A stretch of 64,000 bases of DNA from a bacterium. Its GTDB lineage: Bacteria; Electryoneota; JAOADG01. Made by a program: the position numbers and the translations under genes. The notes under the pieces are model-generated. The model did not search any database. It worked only from the letters and a program-made list of their open reading frames with translations, and had not been told where the DNA came from. The stretch is taken from NCBI GenBank assembly GCA_963681965.1, contig OY820579.1, positions 2,976,001-3,040,000 of the forward strand, in the 5' to 3' direction. This document shows positions 9,930 to 19,361 of this stretch, in pieces (positions within the stretch are counted from its first letter, which is position 1; every line of letters begins with the position of its first letter).

Positions 9930-12537
9930 TATCGTCAACGGGCGCATTCTGGCAGGAATTGCCGTTGGCGTGTTGCTGATGTTGATTCCGGTCGCGTTCG
10001 CACAAGTCGAAGTCGATGAACCCGGTTCTCCGGTTTCGTTGTCCGACTCATTGAAAACAGTTACCGGCAGCCAGATCGACCTGAATATGGCTTCCAGGGA
10101 TCAATTAATCGGAATTGGATTGACTGAAGCAGAAGCCGATGCGATTCTCGATCATATCCTGATGGAAGGACCGTACGAGAATTTTTACGAACTTTACGAT
10201 ACCGAAGGTTTACCCCAAGAAACGGTCGAGCGAATCGGTCCTAAAGTAATCGTTCGGATGCCAGGAGTGGATGATCCAGTCACACAACGACGCGAAGCAA
10301 ACGCATATCGCATCGAACAACTTGTAAGTGACGAAGGATTCAGTGAAGGACTGGCAGATCAATTGGCAGATCAAATTCTTGACCCAATTGATGTGAATTC
10401 CGCTACTGAAGAAGAATTGACCGATATTCAAAATGTCTCGCCGATCGATGCCGCAGCAATTGTTAAGCGCATTCGAAGCGGCAACCCGATAAAAAGTGCA
10501 CGCGAGCTTCGCCAGACACCGGGACTATCGCATTACGGTTATATCAATGCGCGACCCTATGTCAATTATGAACCGGGTATCGGTTTTCAACAAGTTCACG
10601 GTTTCTTCCAGACCCGTCTGTTCGATACTCCCTATCTTCCCGATAATTCGGCATCGATTCGCGACGATGCGCCGACCAACCGCTTGGATCTCAACGCAAA
10701 ACTTCGATTGAATTATCTGAAATGGAAATTCGGTGTAGCAACTCATCGCGCGCGTAATGAAGATTTCCTCTATGACCATACTTTCGGTTCGTTCAGCACA
10801 CCTCAAGGAAAGATTTTTCTTGAAAAGGACTATACAAAATTGGGTCCAGTCACTTTCAAGAAATTAATACTGGGTAATTTTCAAGCTGGATTCGGACAAG
10901 GTTTAATTTTCTCCAGCGGCGACTATTTTCAACCGCGGCAAACCGGATTTGGATACAGCAAGTCGATCAATGGGGTGTTAGGCGACTTGTCGGCATCCAA
11001 TGAATTTGCCTATCGCGGTGCCGCATTCGAAGGTCGCGGCGGTCCATTCGAATTCACAGGTTTATACTCCAGTACTTGGAAAGACGCGGTGCTGAATACC
11101 GACGGTACGGTGAATCGATTTATCGTGATGCAGCCTCGATATGTCTACGATGCCCGTCCACCGATGGATACGATGTATGTTGTTGTCGACCCGAATACCA
11201 GTATTTCCGATACGATCCGTACAAAAGTAGATCGATTTCCCGGTATTCAATCGTATTTGAGTAACACCCGGGAAAACATTTTCGCCGGTAATTTGCAGTT
11301 TATTCCGGCAGTCGGCGTCCGCCTCGGTGCGAGCTGGGTTGAAGCGCTTTACAGCCGTCCGATTCGCGCGCAGCTCGATACGACTACGCTCGTCAACGGC
11401 AGCGATATGCAACAAATGGATGATTACTTTCCCGATATCGAAATCTCGGAAGGTTATTCCAATGCCTCCACCAGCAAACTGTGGAGTGGCGCAAAATCAC
11501 GAATGCGCATTTATGGTTTCGACTGGCAGTTTGTTTACAAGAATTTCTCGTTCCAAGGCGAATACGGCGAACAAGAACATAAAGGGAGTTTCTGGAGAAT
11601 CGGTGACGATCCTCACGGTTTTGTTTCATCGCTGTATGCCCAGTATTCTTCGCTCAATTTGCTACTCCTGTATCGCGATCGAAACGTCGGTTACGACAAT
11701 ATCTACGATCGCGGTTATGCAAACTATTCCCGATTCAAGAGTTCGATTTTCGGCGATGAGTTTTATTTAAAAGACGTCGTGATTGGTCAGCTTTACGACA
11801 ATTCGTTCCAACCACAACCGGAACGCGGCTGGTTTTTGTCGGGACGATATCAGGTTCTGCGTCAATTGATCACCAGTTTCGAACTGGATCAGTGGACCCG
11901 CACGAGCGACGATGCCGAGCATTACCGCTGGGTTATGCGACTTCAGTACCGTCCGATCTTCCCGTTATCGTTCAACTTGCGACTATCCGATCAGGCACGC
12001 GACTATCAGAATTCGGAAAATCCACGCTATTACCGTGCAATGCAAGGTCGACTACAGACGAACGTGCGTTTATCGAATTACGATCAGGTATCATTCCTTT
12101 ATTCTTATTCAGTAACTCAGTTCGCGCCACGTCCCCGACTCTTCTACGATGCGCTACCCGATGGCAAGTCACCGGTTAGCGGTCAGGGAACTTCGCCTGC
12201 CGAAGCATTTGGGATGTCGTTCCGACATAATTTGAATCGGTCGCTCTGGATCGGTGCCGGTGGAACGATGTATGACGGCTTCTTCTGGAATTATGAAGAA
12301 GGCGACTTCTACATTCGTGACGGAAAAGGGATTCGCTTCTATGGCGCGATCGGATCGCATCTCGGATCGGGAGTGTATGTCAAGGCGAAAGCCACCACGG
12401 AACACCCTTTGACTATTACGAATATGGTTGCCCGCAAATACAATTCGTCAATCGCGAGTGATGGTAAAATCCACGTAGGCGATAATGTTGCCAGCGACGA
12501 CTTGAGTTTCCGAATTCAACTCGATTATTCGTTCTGA
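9913..12537 (+). CDS. Helix-hairpin-helix (ComEA-like) domain outer-membrane beta-barrel protein
   Basis: Signal peptide, two HhH units (IDLNMASRDQL..., IDVNSATEEELTDIQNV...ELRQTPGL), LGNFQAGFGQGL, an aromatic-rich barrel region and C-terminal LDYSF. Confidence 0.75.
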   Translation: MAMISNIVNGRILAGIAVGVLLMLIPVAFAQVEVDEPGSPVSLSDSLKTVTGSQIDLNMASRDQLIGIGLTEAEADAILDHILMEGPYENFYELYDTEGLPQETVERIGPKVIVRMPGVDDPVTQRREANAYRIEQLVSDEGFSEGLADQLADQILDPIDVNSATEEELTDIQNVSPIDAAAIVKRIRSGNPIKSARELRQTPGLSHYGYINARPYVNYEPGIGFQQVHGFFQTRLFDTPYLPDNSASIRDDAPTNRLDLNAKLRLNYLKWKFGVATHRARNEDFLYDHTFGSFSTPQGKIFLEKDYTKLGPVTFKKLILGNFQAGFGQGLIFSSGDYFQPRQTGFGYSKSINGVLGDLSASNEFAYRGAAFEGRGGPFEFTGLYSSTWKDAVLNTDGTVNRFIVMQPRYVYDARPPMDTMYVVVDPNTSISDTIRTKVDRFPGIQSYLSNTRENIFAGNLQFIPAVGVRLGASWVEALYSRPIRAQLDTTTLVNGSDMQQMDDYFPDIEISEGYSNASTSKLWSGAKSRMRIYGFDWQFVYKNFSFQGEYGEQEHKGSFWRIGDDPHGFVSSLYAQYSSLNLLLLYRDRNVGYDNIYDRGYANYSRFKSSIFGDEFYLKDVVIGQLYDNSFQPQPERGWFLSGRYQVLRQLITSFELDQWTRTSDDAEHYRWVMRLQYRPIFPLSFNLRLSDQARDYQNSENPRYYRAMQGRLQTNVRLSNYDQVSFLYSYSVTQFAPRPRLFYDALPDGKSPVSGQGTSPAEAFGMSFRHNLNRSLWIGAGGTMYDGFFWNYEEGDFYIRDGKGIRFYGAIGSHLGSGVYVKAKATTEHPLTITNMVARKYNSSIASDGKIHVGDNVASDDLSFRIQLDYSF

Positions 12538-12559
12538 TGATATTAACTATTTCTAATTT

Positions 12560-12593
12560 CAAGAAAAACCTGCTTGATAGCAGGTTTTTCTTG
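12560..12593. terminator. Intrinsic terminator closing the 6887-12537 operon
   Basis: CAAGAAAAACCTGCT-TGAT-AGCAGGTTTTTCTTG perfect 15-bp stem. Confidence 0.85.
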
Positions 12594-12648
12594 TTATAGA
12601 TTGAAAGAGTTCATTGAAATTGCTCAAATACGATGAAAGGAAACGACT

Positions 12649-15600
12649 ATGTATAATAATTCTAATTTCATCAATATGTTTGTGTTAAGTTCATACATCT
12701 CAATTTTAACTATCATTATGACCTGTCCTTCATCTACTTTCGCCCAATCTTGGGAATGGCAGAATCCATTGCCAAATGGTCATTTGTTAATGTCTTCTTC
12801 TTTCGTCGGTTCGAGCAACGGATGGGTTGTTGGTGCCTTCGGAACAATCTTACACACTACAAATAGTGGGTATTCATGGATTAATCAAACTTACAATGTT
12901 TCAATTCAACTTAATAGTGTATCATTCGTCGATTTACGCAATGGATGGGCAGTTGGGTGGTACGGTAATATAATTCACACTTCTAACGGTGGATTATCAT
13001 GGATAAATCAAACAAGTAATGTTTCAGTCAATTTGATAGATGTACTATTTTTAGATTCTCTTCACGGGTGGACAGTCGGAGCCAGTGGGTCAATTCTTCA
13101 TACCGATAATGGAGGGACAACATGGTCTCAGCAATCTAGCGCATCGACGAGCACTTATGAATCAATTTCATTTGTTAACTCTAATATTGGTTGGATCTGT
13201 GGGAGTGATGGATCAATCCTGCATACTATTGATGGAGGTTCAACATGGACGATTCAAACGAGTACAACAACAAATACACTTTTCTCAATCAAGTTTATTG
13301 ATGTAAATAATGGATGGGCTTCGGGAAATTACGGGACGATCATTCACACGACCAATGCAGGTTTAACTTGGATTGCTCAGCGGTCAGGATACGAGAATTC
13401 GCTAACTTGTGTAAATTTCTTCGACGGAAATAATGGATATGCAATTGGAACACTTGGTATGATTTTACACACATCGAATGGTGGAAGCACATGGATCAAC
13501 CAGTCTTACAATCTACTGAGTACATTTCGGACTATTGACCAACTCTCCACCGATACATTATTAATTTGTGGATCTGGCAATGTGATTCTTCGATCTGTCG
13601 ATCAAGGTGCATCTTGGGTTAGAATAAATTCATCTGGAAATATAAGTTATCTTACATCCATTGCCTGTACAGATTCAAACAACATATGGGTAGCTGGGGA
13701 ATTTGGTACAATTCTACATTCATCAAATAGTGGATTCGCTTGGATAAATCAAGAAAGTGAAACCGTAAATGATCTATATGGAATTACTTTTTTCGATACA
13801 TTTACGGGTTGGGTCGCTGGACAAAATGGTACAATCCAACATACTACTAATGGTGGATTGACTTGGTTTTGTCAAAATAGTGGTGTAACTGACGAACTAT
13901 TAGCAATAGCTAATTTTGGCTTGAACCATGTTTGGGCAGTAGGTTCAAATGGAACGATCGTTCACACTTCCGATGGGGGAAGCACTTGGTCAATTCAGGC
14001 GAGTGGAACCACAAATCAGTTAAAAAGCGTTTCGTTCATTGATAGCCTTAGAGGTTGGGCTGTGGGAATGCCTGGATCATTGGGTGTCCCTGGAGTTATT
14101 TTAAGGACTATTAATGGAGGTTTGAGCTGGGTTACAATTTCTAGTAGTACTTCGAACTATTATTATTCAATCAAATTTCTTGATTCTTTATCTGGGTGGT
14201 CTGCCTCATATATGCCAATGCAGGGACGTTGCATTGTATCTCAAACTACTGATGGAGGATATGGTTGGTCACTGAGAGGGTCAATTCAAAATTATTTAAA
14301 TTGTATCACTATGTCTGATAATTCGCATGGATGGGTTGTAGGTGCAAACGGTACTATTATGGCCACATCAGGTACTGGATGGGTTGCTCAGACAAGCGGA
14401 ACTACAAATAAATTACTTGGTGTTGCTTGTTCGGGTAGGTATGCATGGGCAGTTGGAACCGATGGCACTATTTTACGATTTCATCCACAATATCAACAAC
14501 CATTAACACTTGAAAGTCCGAACGGTGGTGAACATTTCACACTCGGCAATTATTTCATTCACTGGAATGCACAATCTGTAACCGGAAATCTTCGAATTCA
14601 ACTCAATCGGAATTATCCTCTTAGTACGTGGGAAGATGTTGGAACGGTTAATGCAAGTTTAAATCTTTTCAATTGGCATGTCACTTCACCATTAACCACC
14701 CATGCTCGGATTCGAATCCTTAGCATAGAGACACCTTCATATGGGGATACAAGTAATGCTGATTTCAGTATAGCGAATAATTCATTGTCTCTTCTTCACC
14801 CATTAGCTGGTGATACGTTGATAAATTTCTCAGTTGATACTATCCGTTGGCAATTCTTTGGATCGACTGATAATATCCGCATTTCTATTAACTATAATTA
14901 CCCATCAGGTGAATGGGTACCGCTTCAGACACTTCCATCTTCTCGAACGTACTATTTATGGACTCTCAACGGACCAGTTAGCAGCAATGTTAGAATCAGA
15001 GTTTTAACAGATACAAGTCCCTCGGTTGGTGATACCAGTAATTCAAATTTCTCGATTGTGAATCCCACATTGCAACTACTATATCCTTACGGGGGAGAAA
15101 TCCTTGCAAGATCAACGACTGAATCGATTAGATGGACTTATTCCGGACCACCGGTTTCATTCCAAATCGCTGTTAATTATACATATCCATCGCAAAACTG
15201 GGTATCATTACAAATGATATCTTCAGCCTATCGCAGACATGCATGGTTTATCGATGGTCCAAATAGTACTAATGTCAGAGTAAGATTGATTTCGAATACT
15301 AATCCGGCATTCGGCGATACTTCTGATACCGATTTTTCAATTCAAAATCCCTCGATCCGAATTACTTATCCGAACGGTGGTGAAATCTGTAGCAGTTCGC
15401 AAGTAGTTATTCGGTGGAATCATGCATTTATAGCAGATACTTGTCACATTCAACTTGAATATGATCGGAATTTTCCCAGCAGTGGTTGGACAACGATCAG
15501 TAGACCATCTGTGTACCCAGATTCTTTCGTTTGGCAACTCCCTTTTCTATCCTCATCGACAGTTCGTATCAGAGCTTTTTTGTTGAACAATACCTCTTTT

Positions 15601-15933
15601 TGCGACACGAGCGATGCCAATTTTTCGATCCAATATTCAGGGATTAATGAAGACGGATCGGAATTGCCGCACTCATTCTCTCTCAATGACGGGTTCCCCA
15701 ACCCATTCAATTCGAGTATCGACTTCAGAGTCGCAGTGCCTCAAGCTGCATTGGTTGTGATAAAAGTATACAATCATCTCGGTCAGGAAGTTGCTACACT
15801 TACAAATGAACGTCTTGAGGTCGGCTACTATATATTTCAGTGGAGACCGACGTATTGTAGTTCAGGGATCTATTTTGTAAATATGAACTCGGAACACTTT
15901 TCGGTTGTTCGAAAAGTGAGTTATATTAAGTAA
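12649..15933 (+). CDS. YCF48/BNR-repeat beta-propeller protein with four Ig-like repeats and T9SS-like CTD
   Basis: Many GW.VG..GTILHT.NGG.TW repeats, four PNGGE...GDTS..DFSI modules and CTD GFPNPFN...SSGIYFV...KVSYIK. Confidence 0.85.
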   Translation: MYNNSNFINMFVLSSYISILTIIMTCPSSTFAQSWEWQNPLPNGHLLMSSSFVGSSNGWVVGAFGTILHTTNSGYSWINQTYNVSIQLNSVSFVDLRNGWAVGWYGNIIHTSNGGLSWINQTSNVSVNLIDVLFLDSLHGWTVGASGSILHTDNGGTTWSQQSSASTSTYESISFVNSNIGWICGSDGSILHTIDGGSTWTIQTSTTTNTLFSIKFIDVNNGWASGNYGTIIHTTNAGLTWIAQRSGYENSLTCVNFFDGNNGYAIGTLGMILHTSNGGSTWINQSYNLLSTFRTIDQLSTDTLLICGSGNVILRSVDQGASWVRINSSGNISYLTSIACTDSNNIWVAGEFGTILHSSNSGFAWINQESETVNDLYGITFFDTFTGWVAGQNGTIQHTTNGGLTWFCQNSGVTDELLAIANFGLNHVWAVGSNGTIVHTSDGGSTWSIQASGTTNQLKSVSFIDSLRGWAVGMPGSLGVPGVILRTINGGLSWVTISSSTSNYYYSIKFLDSLSGWSASYMPMQGRCIVSQTTDGGYGWSLRGSIQNYLNCITMSDNSHGWVVGANGTIMATSGTGWVAQTSGTTNKLLGVACSGRYAWAVGTDGTILRFHPQYQQPLTLESPNGGEHFTLGNYFIHWNAQSVTGNLRIQLNRNYPLSTWEDVGTVNASLNLFNWHVTSPLTTHARIRILSIETPSYGDTSNADFSIANNSLSLLHPLAGDTLINFSVDTIRWQFFGSTDNIRISINYNYPSGEWVPLQTLPSSRTYYLWTLNGPVSSNVRIRVLTDTSPSVGDTSNSNFSIVNPTLQLLYPYGGEILARSTTESIRWTYSGPPVSFQIAVNYTYPSQNWVSLQMISSAYRRHAWFIDGPNSTNVRVRLISNTNPAFGDTSDTDFSIQNPSIRITYPNGGEICSSSQVVIRWNHAFIADTCHIQLEYDRNFPSSGWTTISRPSVYPDSFVWQLPFLSSSTVRIRAFLLNNTSFCDTSDANFSIQYSGINEDGSELPHSFSLNDGFPNPFNSSIDFRVAVPQAALVVIKVYNHLGQEVATLTNERLEVGYYIFQWRPTYCSSGIYFVNMNSEHFSVVRKVSYIK
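14500..15635 (+). repeat. Four tandem ~90-aa Ig-like modules
   Basis: Each unit reads P(N/Y/L)(G/A)G(E/D)...I(R/H)W...(N/D)(R/Y)(N/T)(Y/F)P..W...RIR...DTS..(D/N)FSI. Confidence 0.75.
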
Positions 15934-15963
15934 TATCAATATAAAAACATTGCGGGAGCCATC

Positions 15964-16257
15964 TTGAAACGTAACGAATACGGCGGCAGTTTAGCCGATA
16001 CATTCCTTGAGAAAGCCGATTATATGATCTCAATGGCGCGGATCAGGCTCGATCTCGCGGCAGCCCGTCAACGAGTCGATCGCGCACTACTGGCGCTTGG
16101 AGAAGGCACGTATAGCTTCGCAAACAATCCGAATCAAGCACAACCATTGCCGGTCGAGCTGGATGGCTCGGTAGAGCGAGTTCGGCGGGCACTTCAGGAT
16201 TGTGATCGGTTACAGGAACGACTTGACAAAGTTCGCGAGCAATGGCGCGGTGAATGA
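15964..16257 (+). CDS. Small helical hypothetical protein
   Basis: GGGAG RBS before a TTG start, coiled-coil-like sequence, followed by two hairpins (16262-16292 and 16305-16327). Confidence 0.55.
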   Translation: MKRNEYGGSLADTFLEKADYMISMARIRLDLAAARQRVDRALLALGEGTYSFANNPNQAQPLPVELDGSVERVRRALQDCDRLQERLDKVREQWRGE

Positions 16258-16426
16258 TTTTTTGGTTTGACGACAATAAGAGTCCAAACCAACTTGATTA
16301 TCACTGACTAAAACTTCAGTTTAGTCATTTTTAATCTGCAACTTATCGATATTTGGGTGTTACTAACCAATATCGGATATCGATTACAGTCACGTCGATC
16401 GTTTGTATTTTTTGAAAGAGGATCCA

Positions 16427-17035
16427 ATGAAATTTAAATATTCCATTCTGGCGATTGCCATTTTGTCTGCACTTTTAGTAATCGGCGCCGGGTGTGGCAA
16501 GAAAGTCACGCGCATCGATACCAATGAAACGAAAGACCTTTCGGGTCGTTGGAATGATACCGACAGTCGCACTGTGAGCACCGACGTTATTACTGACGTC
16601 TTGAATCACCCTTGGCTACAACAATTCGTAGCAAAGAAGAGCAAGAATCCTACGGTGATCGTAGGCACGATCCGCAATCTGTCGTCCGAACATATCGCGA
16701 TCGGAACATTCAGTAACGACATTGAAAAAGCATTCATCAATAGCGGAAAAGTGACTGTGGTCGCTTCGGCTCTCGAACGCGGTGAAATGCGCGATGAACG
16801 GCGTGAGATGCAAGAAAATGCCGATCCCGAGACGATCAAGAAATTCGGTCGCGAACGGGGTGCCGACTATATCCTCAGTGGTGAAATCAATGCAATCGAA
16901 GATCGCGAAGGAAAAGAATCGATCATGTATTATCAAATCGATCTGAAACTCACCGATCTTGAAACCAATGCCAAAGTCTGGATCGGTGGTACGAAGATTA
17001 AGAAATACATCGAACGCAGCAAATTGAAGATCTAA
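16427..17035 (+). CDS. lpoB: Penicillin-binding protein activator LpoB family lipoprotein
   Basis: Lipobox GAGC, DLSGRWNDTD, IRNLSSEHI and GADYILSGEI...YYQIDLKLTDLETNAKVW. Confidence 0.8.
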   Translation: MKFKYSILAIAILSALLVIGAGCGKKVTRIDTNETKDLSGRWNDTDSRTVSTDVITDVLNHPWLQQFVAKKSKNPTVIVGTIRNLSSEHIAIGTFSNDIEKAFINSGKVTVVASALERGEMRDERREMQENADPETIKKFGRERGADYILSGEINAIEDREGKESIMYYQIDLKLTDLETNAKVWIGGTKIKKYIERSKLKI

Positions 17036-17041
17036 TCCAGC

Positions 17042-18424
17042 ATGACATTTCAAACCATTACCCAACGACTGCAACGATGGCGGTTATCGGCGCTGATTGC
17101 TGCCATCGTCATAACGACATTATCGGGTTGCGTCAGCAATTATGCGCTGAAGCAAGATGCCGCACGCGATGCGGTAATTCAAGGTAAATATCAGGAAGCT
17201 TTGCAAGTTTACACAAAAGGCGACAAGGCAACCGATTATGTCGATGTATTACTCAATCGCGGTCTATCGAAATTCGAAACAACCGATTACCTCGCTGCGG
17301 AAAATGATCTTCGTCGTGCAGAAGAGCGGATCGAAGAGTTATACACGAAATCGATCTCTCGCGGCGTACTTTCGATGGTTTCCAATGATCGCGCACTGGC
17401 TTATTCGGGAACCAATTTTGAACGCGGAATGATCCACTACTACCGTGGTCTCGGCTTTCTCGAACGGAATCGTCGCGACGACTTTATCATCGAAGGTCGA
17501 TCGCTATCCAAGTATCTGACTCAGCTCCCGGAATTGAGCAAAAAATCCGATACCGATTTCGCTTTCTTGCAATATTTTTCAGGAATTGGCTACGATCTCG
17601 GAAACCAACCGAACGATGCATGGATTTCATACGAACGTGCACGCACTTTGTATCCGAAGCAGCTTGGAACGACACCACCCTTCTTGCCAGCAATCTCTGC
17701 CGTAGCAGCAAAACGCGCTGGAATTATCTCGAGCGACAGTCTTCGACGGTCGGGCTTTAGTATTCCCGATTCTAGCTATGGACGACTGATCGTATTGCTG
17801 GAAAGTGGCGTCTGCGCTGGGTTGGATCAGGAAGATATTACGATTCCGATCTTTGAAACCGATCAACATCATTACGGCGACGATTATGACTATGCCGCTT
17901 TTGGTCGCGAGTGTCGAAGACGATCCTATCACACCGATCCACATCTTCAGATTGTCGATTGGTTGCATGTCGCAATTCCAAAACTCGATATTAACGGCAA
18001 AACGCGCGTCAATTCTGTTCAATTCTCAGCTTCCGGGTTAGGATCTGAACAATTACCGCTAGCAGTCGATCTATCGGATGCGTTCGAACGAGATTTCAAC
18101 GATCGCCTCCCTGCAATTTTGGGTCGAGCAGTTGCCCGAACGATTGTAAAACGTGTTTCGGCAAATACAGCAAAAGATCAAGGTGGTACTGGTTTTTATT
18201 GGTTGGTGAAATTATTGGGTGAAGCGACCGAAACTGCCGATACTCGAAGTTGGGCTTTGCTTCCGGATAAAATCTTCGTTTACGATAAGTATGTACCTAA
18301 CGGATCATATCATCTATCGATATCTGCGAATGAAGATATTATTCCGGTGGATAAAATCGACATCTCCGATGTAAAGGTCGAGGCAGGAAAGTCTACAATT
18401 AAGCGTATTCGAATTCGAGGGTAG
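17042..18424 (+). CDS. COG3014-like TPR lipoprotein
   Basis: Lipobox LSGC, YSGTNFERGMIHYY and TETADTRSWALLP. This family is commonly found next to lpoB. Confidence 0.75.
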   Translation: MTFQTITQRLQRWRLSALIAAIVITTLSGCVSNYALKQDAARDAVIQGKYQEALQVYTKGDKATDYVDVLLNRGLSKFETTDYLAAENDLRRAEERIEELYTKSISRGVLSMVSNDRALAYSGTNFERGMIHYYRGLGFLERNRRDDFIIEGRSLSKYLTQLPELSKKSDTDFAFLQYFSGIGYDLGNQPNDAWISYERARTLYPKQLGTTPPFLPAISAVAAKRAGIISSDSLRRSGFSIPDSSYGRLIVLLESGVCAGLDQEDITIPIFETDQHHYGDDYDYAAFGRECRRRSYHTDPHLQIVDWLHVAIPKLDINGKTRVNSVQFSASGLGSEQLPLAVDLSDAFERDFNDRLPAILGRAVARTIVKRVSANTAKDQGGTGFYWLVKLLGEATETADTRSWALLPDKIFVYDKYVPNGSYHLSISANEDIIPVDKIDISDVKVEAGKSTIKRIRIRG

Positions 18425-18457
18425 CCAGCAGACTCATCAATGAATTGTTTAATAAAG

Positions 18458-18492
18458 AAAACCCGGGAAAAAATTCTTCCCGGGTATTTTTT
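18458..18492. terminator. Bidirectional terminator between convergent genes
   Basis: ACCCGGGAA...TTCCCGGGT flanked by A and T runs. Confidence 0.75.
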
Positions 18493-18511
18493 GATGAAAA
18501 GAGCGTTACAA

Positions 18512-19345
18512 TTACTTAACCTCTTTATGATCCTTCTTTCCATCGTCTTTGCAGTCGCCCTTGCAATCGGTTTTCTTGTCTTTGCAGTCGCCCTTGCAAT
18601 CGGCTTTCTTATCTTTGCAGTCGTCCTTGCAATCGGCTTTCTTATCTTTGCAGTCGTCCTTACAATCGGCTTTCTTGTCTTTGCAGTCGCCCTTGCAATC
18701 AGCTTTCTTGTCTTTGCAGTCGTCCTTGCATTCAGCTTTCTTGTCTTTGCAGTCGCCCTTACAATCGGCTTTCATTTCGTGTTTGCCGTCTTTGCAATCC
18801 TCAGTCTTTTCGACTTTAGCTTCTTCATCTGGACATTTCGTATTAAGCACTGCAAAAACCTGACCGGACTTTGGCGTCAGCTCAACACCACTGGCGACCA
18901 TCATCATCATTTTCCGGGGACCTTTGATTTCGCCTAAATTCATTCCTTCTTTCGCGAAATGCTTCAACATTTCTTCCGGCATATCCAATTCTTTTACCAC
19001 ACCCATCGCGCGCACGCTTGCACCCGCAGCATTTTTCGGCATAAAGAATTTTTCGCCCTGCGCTTTAACAAATAAATCTTTATCGCCGTCTTTGATGATA
19101 ATCCAGCAACCGGCACTTTGACAGACAGTGGTGACGATTCCGTCGATGATAATAGGATCTTTCGATGGTTTCAGATCGATGAGTTTCATCGTTTTAAGAT
19201 CGCCAATCTTCTCGCCGCAAGATAGCGGTGCCATTGCCTTCATGGCAGCAGGTTCTTTTGCCGATTTCATTTCTTCGGCATTCACAGCCAATACTAGTGA
19301 TGCCAAAATTAAAATCGAGATTGCGATCGAAATAACACGCTTCAT
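18512..19345 (-). CDS. DUF4920-like OB-fold periplasmic protein with Cys/Lys/Asp tandem-repeat tail
   Basis: Signal peptide, GIVTTVCQSAGCWIII...FFMPK...ASGV (DUF4920 pattern), then seven K(A/T)(D/E)CK(G/D)DCKD(K/D) units. Confidence 0.8.
   Translation of the reverse strand: MKRVISIAISILILASLVLAVNAEEMKSAKEPAAMKAMAPLSCGEKIGDLKTMKLIDLKPSKDPIIIDGIVTTVCQSAGCWIIIKDGDKDLFVKAQGEKFFMPKNAAGASVRAMGVVKELDMPEEMLKHFAKEGMNLGEIKGPRKMMMMVASGVELTPKSGQVFAVLNTKCPDEEAKVEKTEDCKDGKHEMKADCKGDCKDKKAECKDDCKDKKADCKGDCKDKKADCKDDCKDKKADCKDDCKDKKADCKGDCKDKKTDCKGDCKDDGKKDHKEVK
18542..18772 (-). repeat. 7 x 33-bp coding tandem repeat
   Basis: Contiguous near-identical units of CTTGTCTTTGCAGTCGCCCTTGCAATCGGCTTT with no spacers. 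Confidence 0.95.
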
Positions 19346-19361
19346 TAATGAATCCTTCCCT

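Noticed and set aside
12649-15933. AT-rich gene as a mobile element or prophage island
   Set aside because: No integrase, transposase, att-like repeats or phage genes, and it shares its Ig modules and CTD with a resident protease.
18542-18772. 33-bp repeats as a CRISPR array
   Set aside because: The units are contiguous with no unique spacers, keep the reading frame, and no cas genes are present.
18440-18937. Plus-strand hydrophobic repeat ORF (AVALAIGFLVF)n and the 18549-18863 (SLQS)n ORF
   Set aside because: These are antisense shadows of the Cys/Lys/Asp repeat. The first crosses a terminator, and the minus-strand gene has an RBS, a signal peptide and a recognisable domain.
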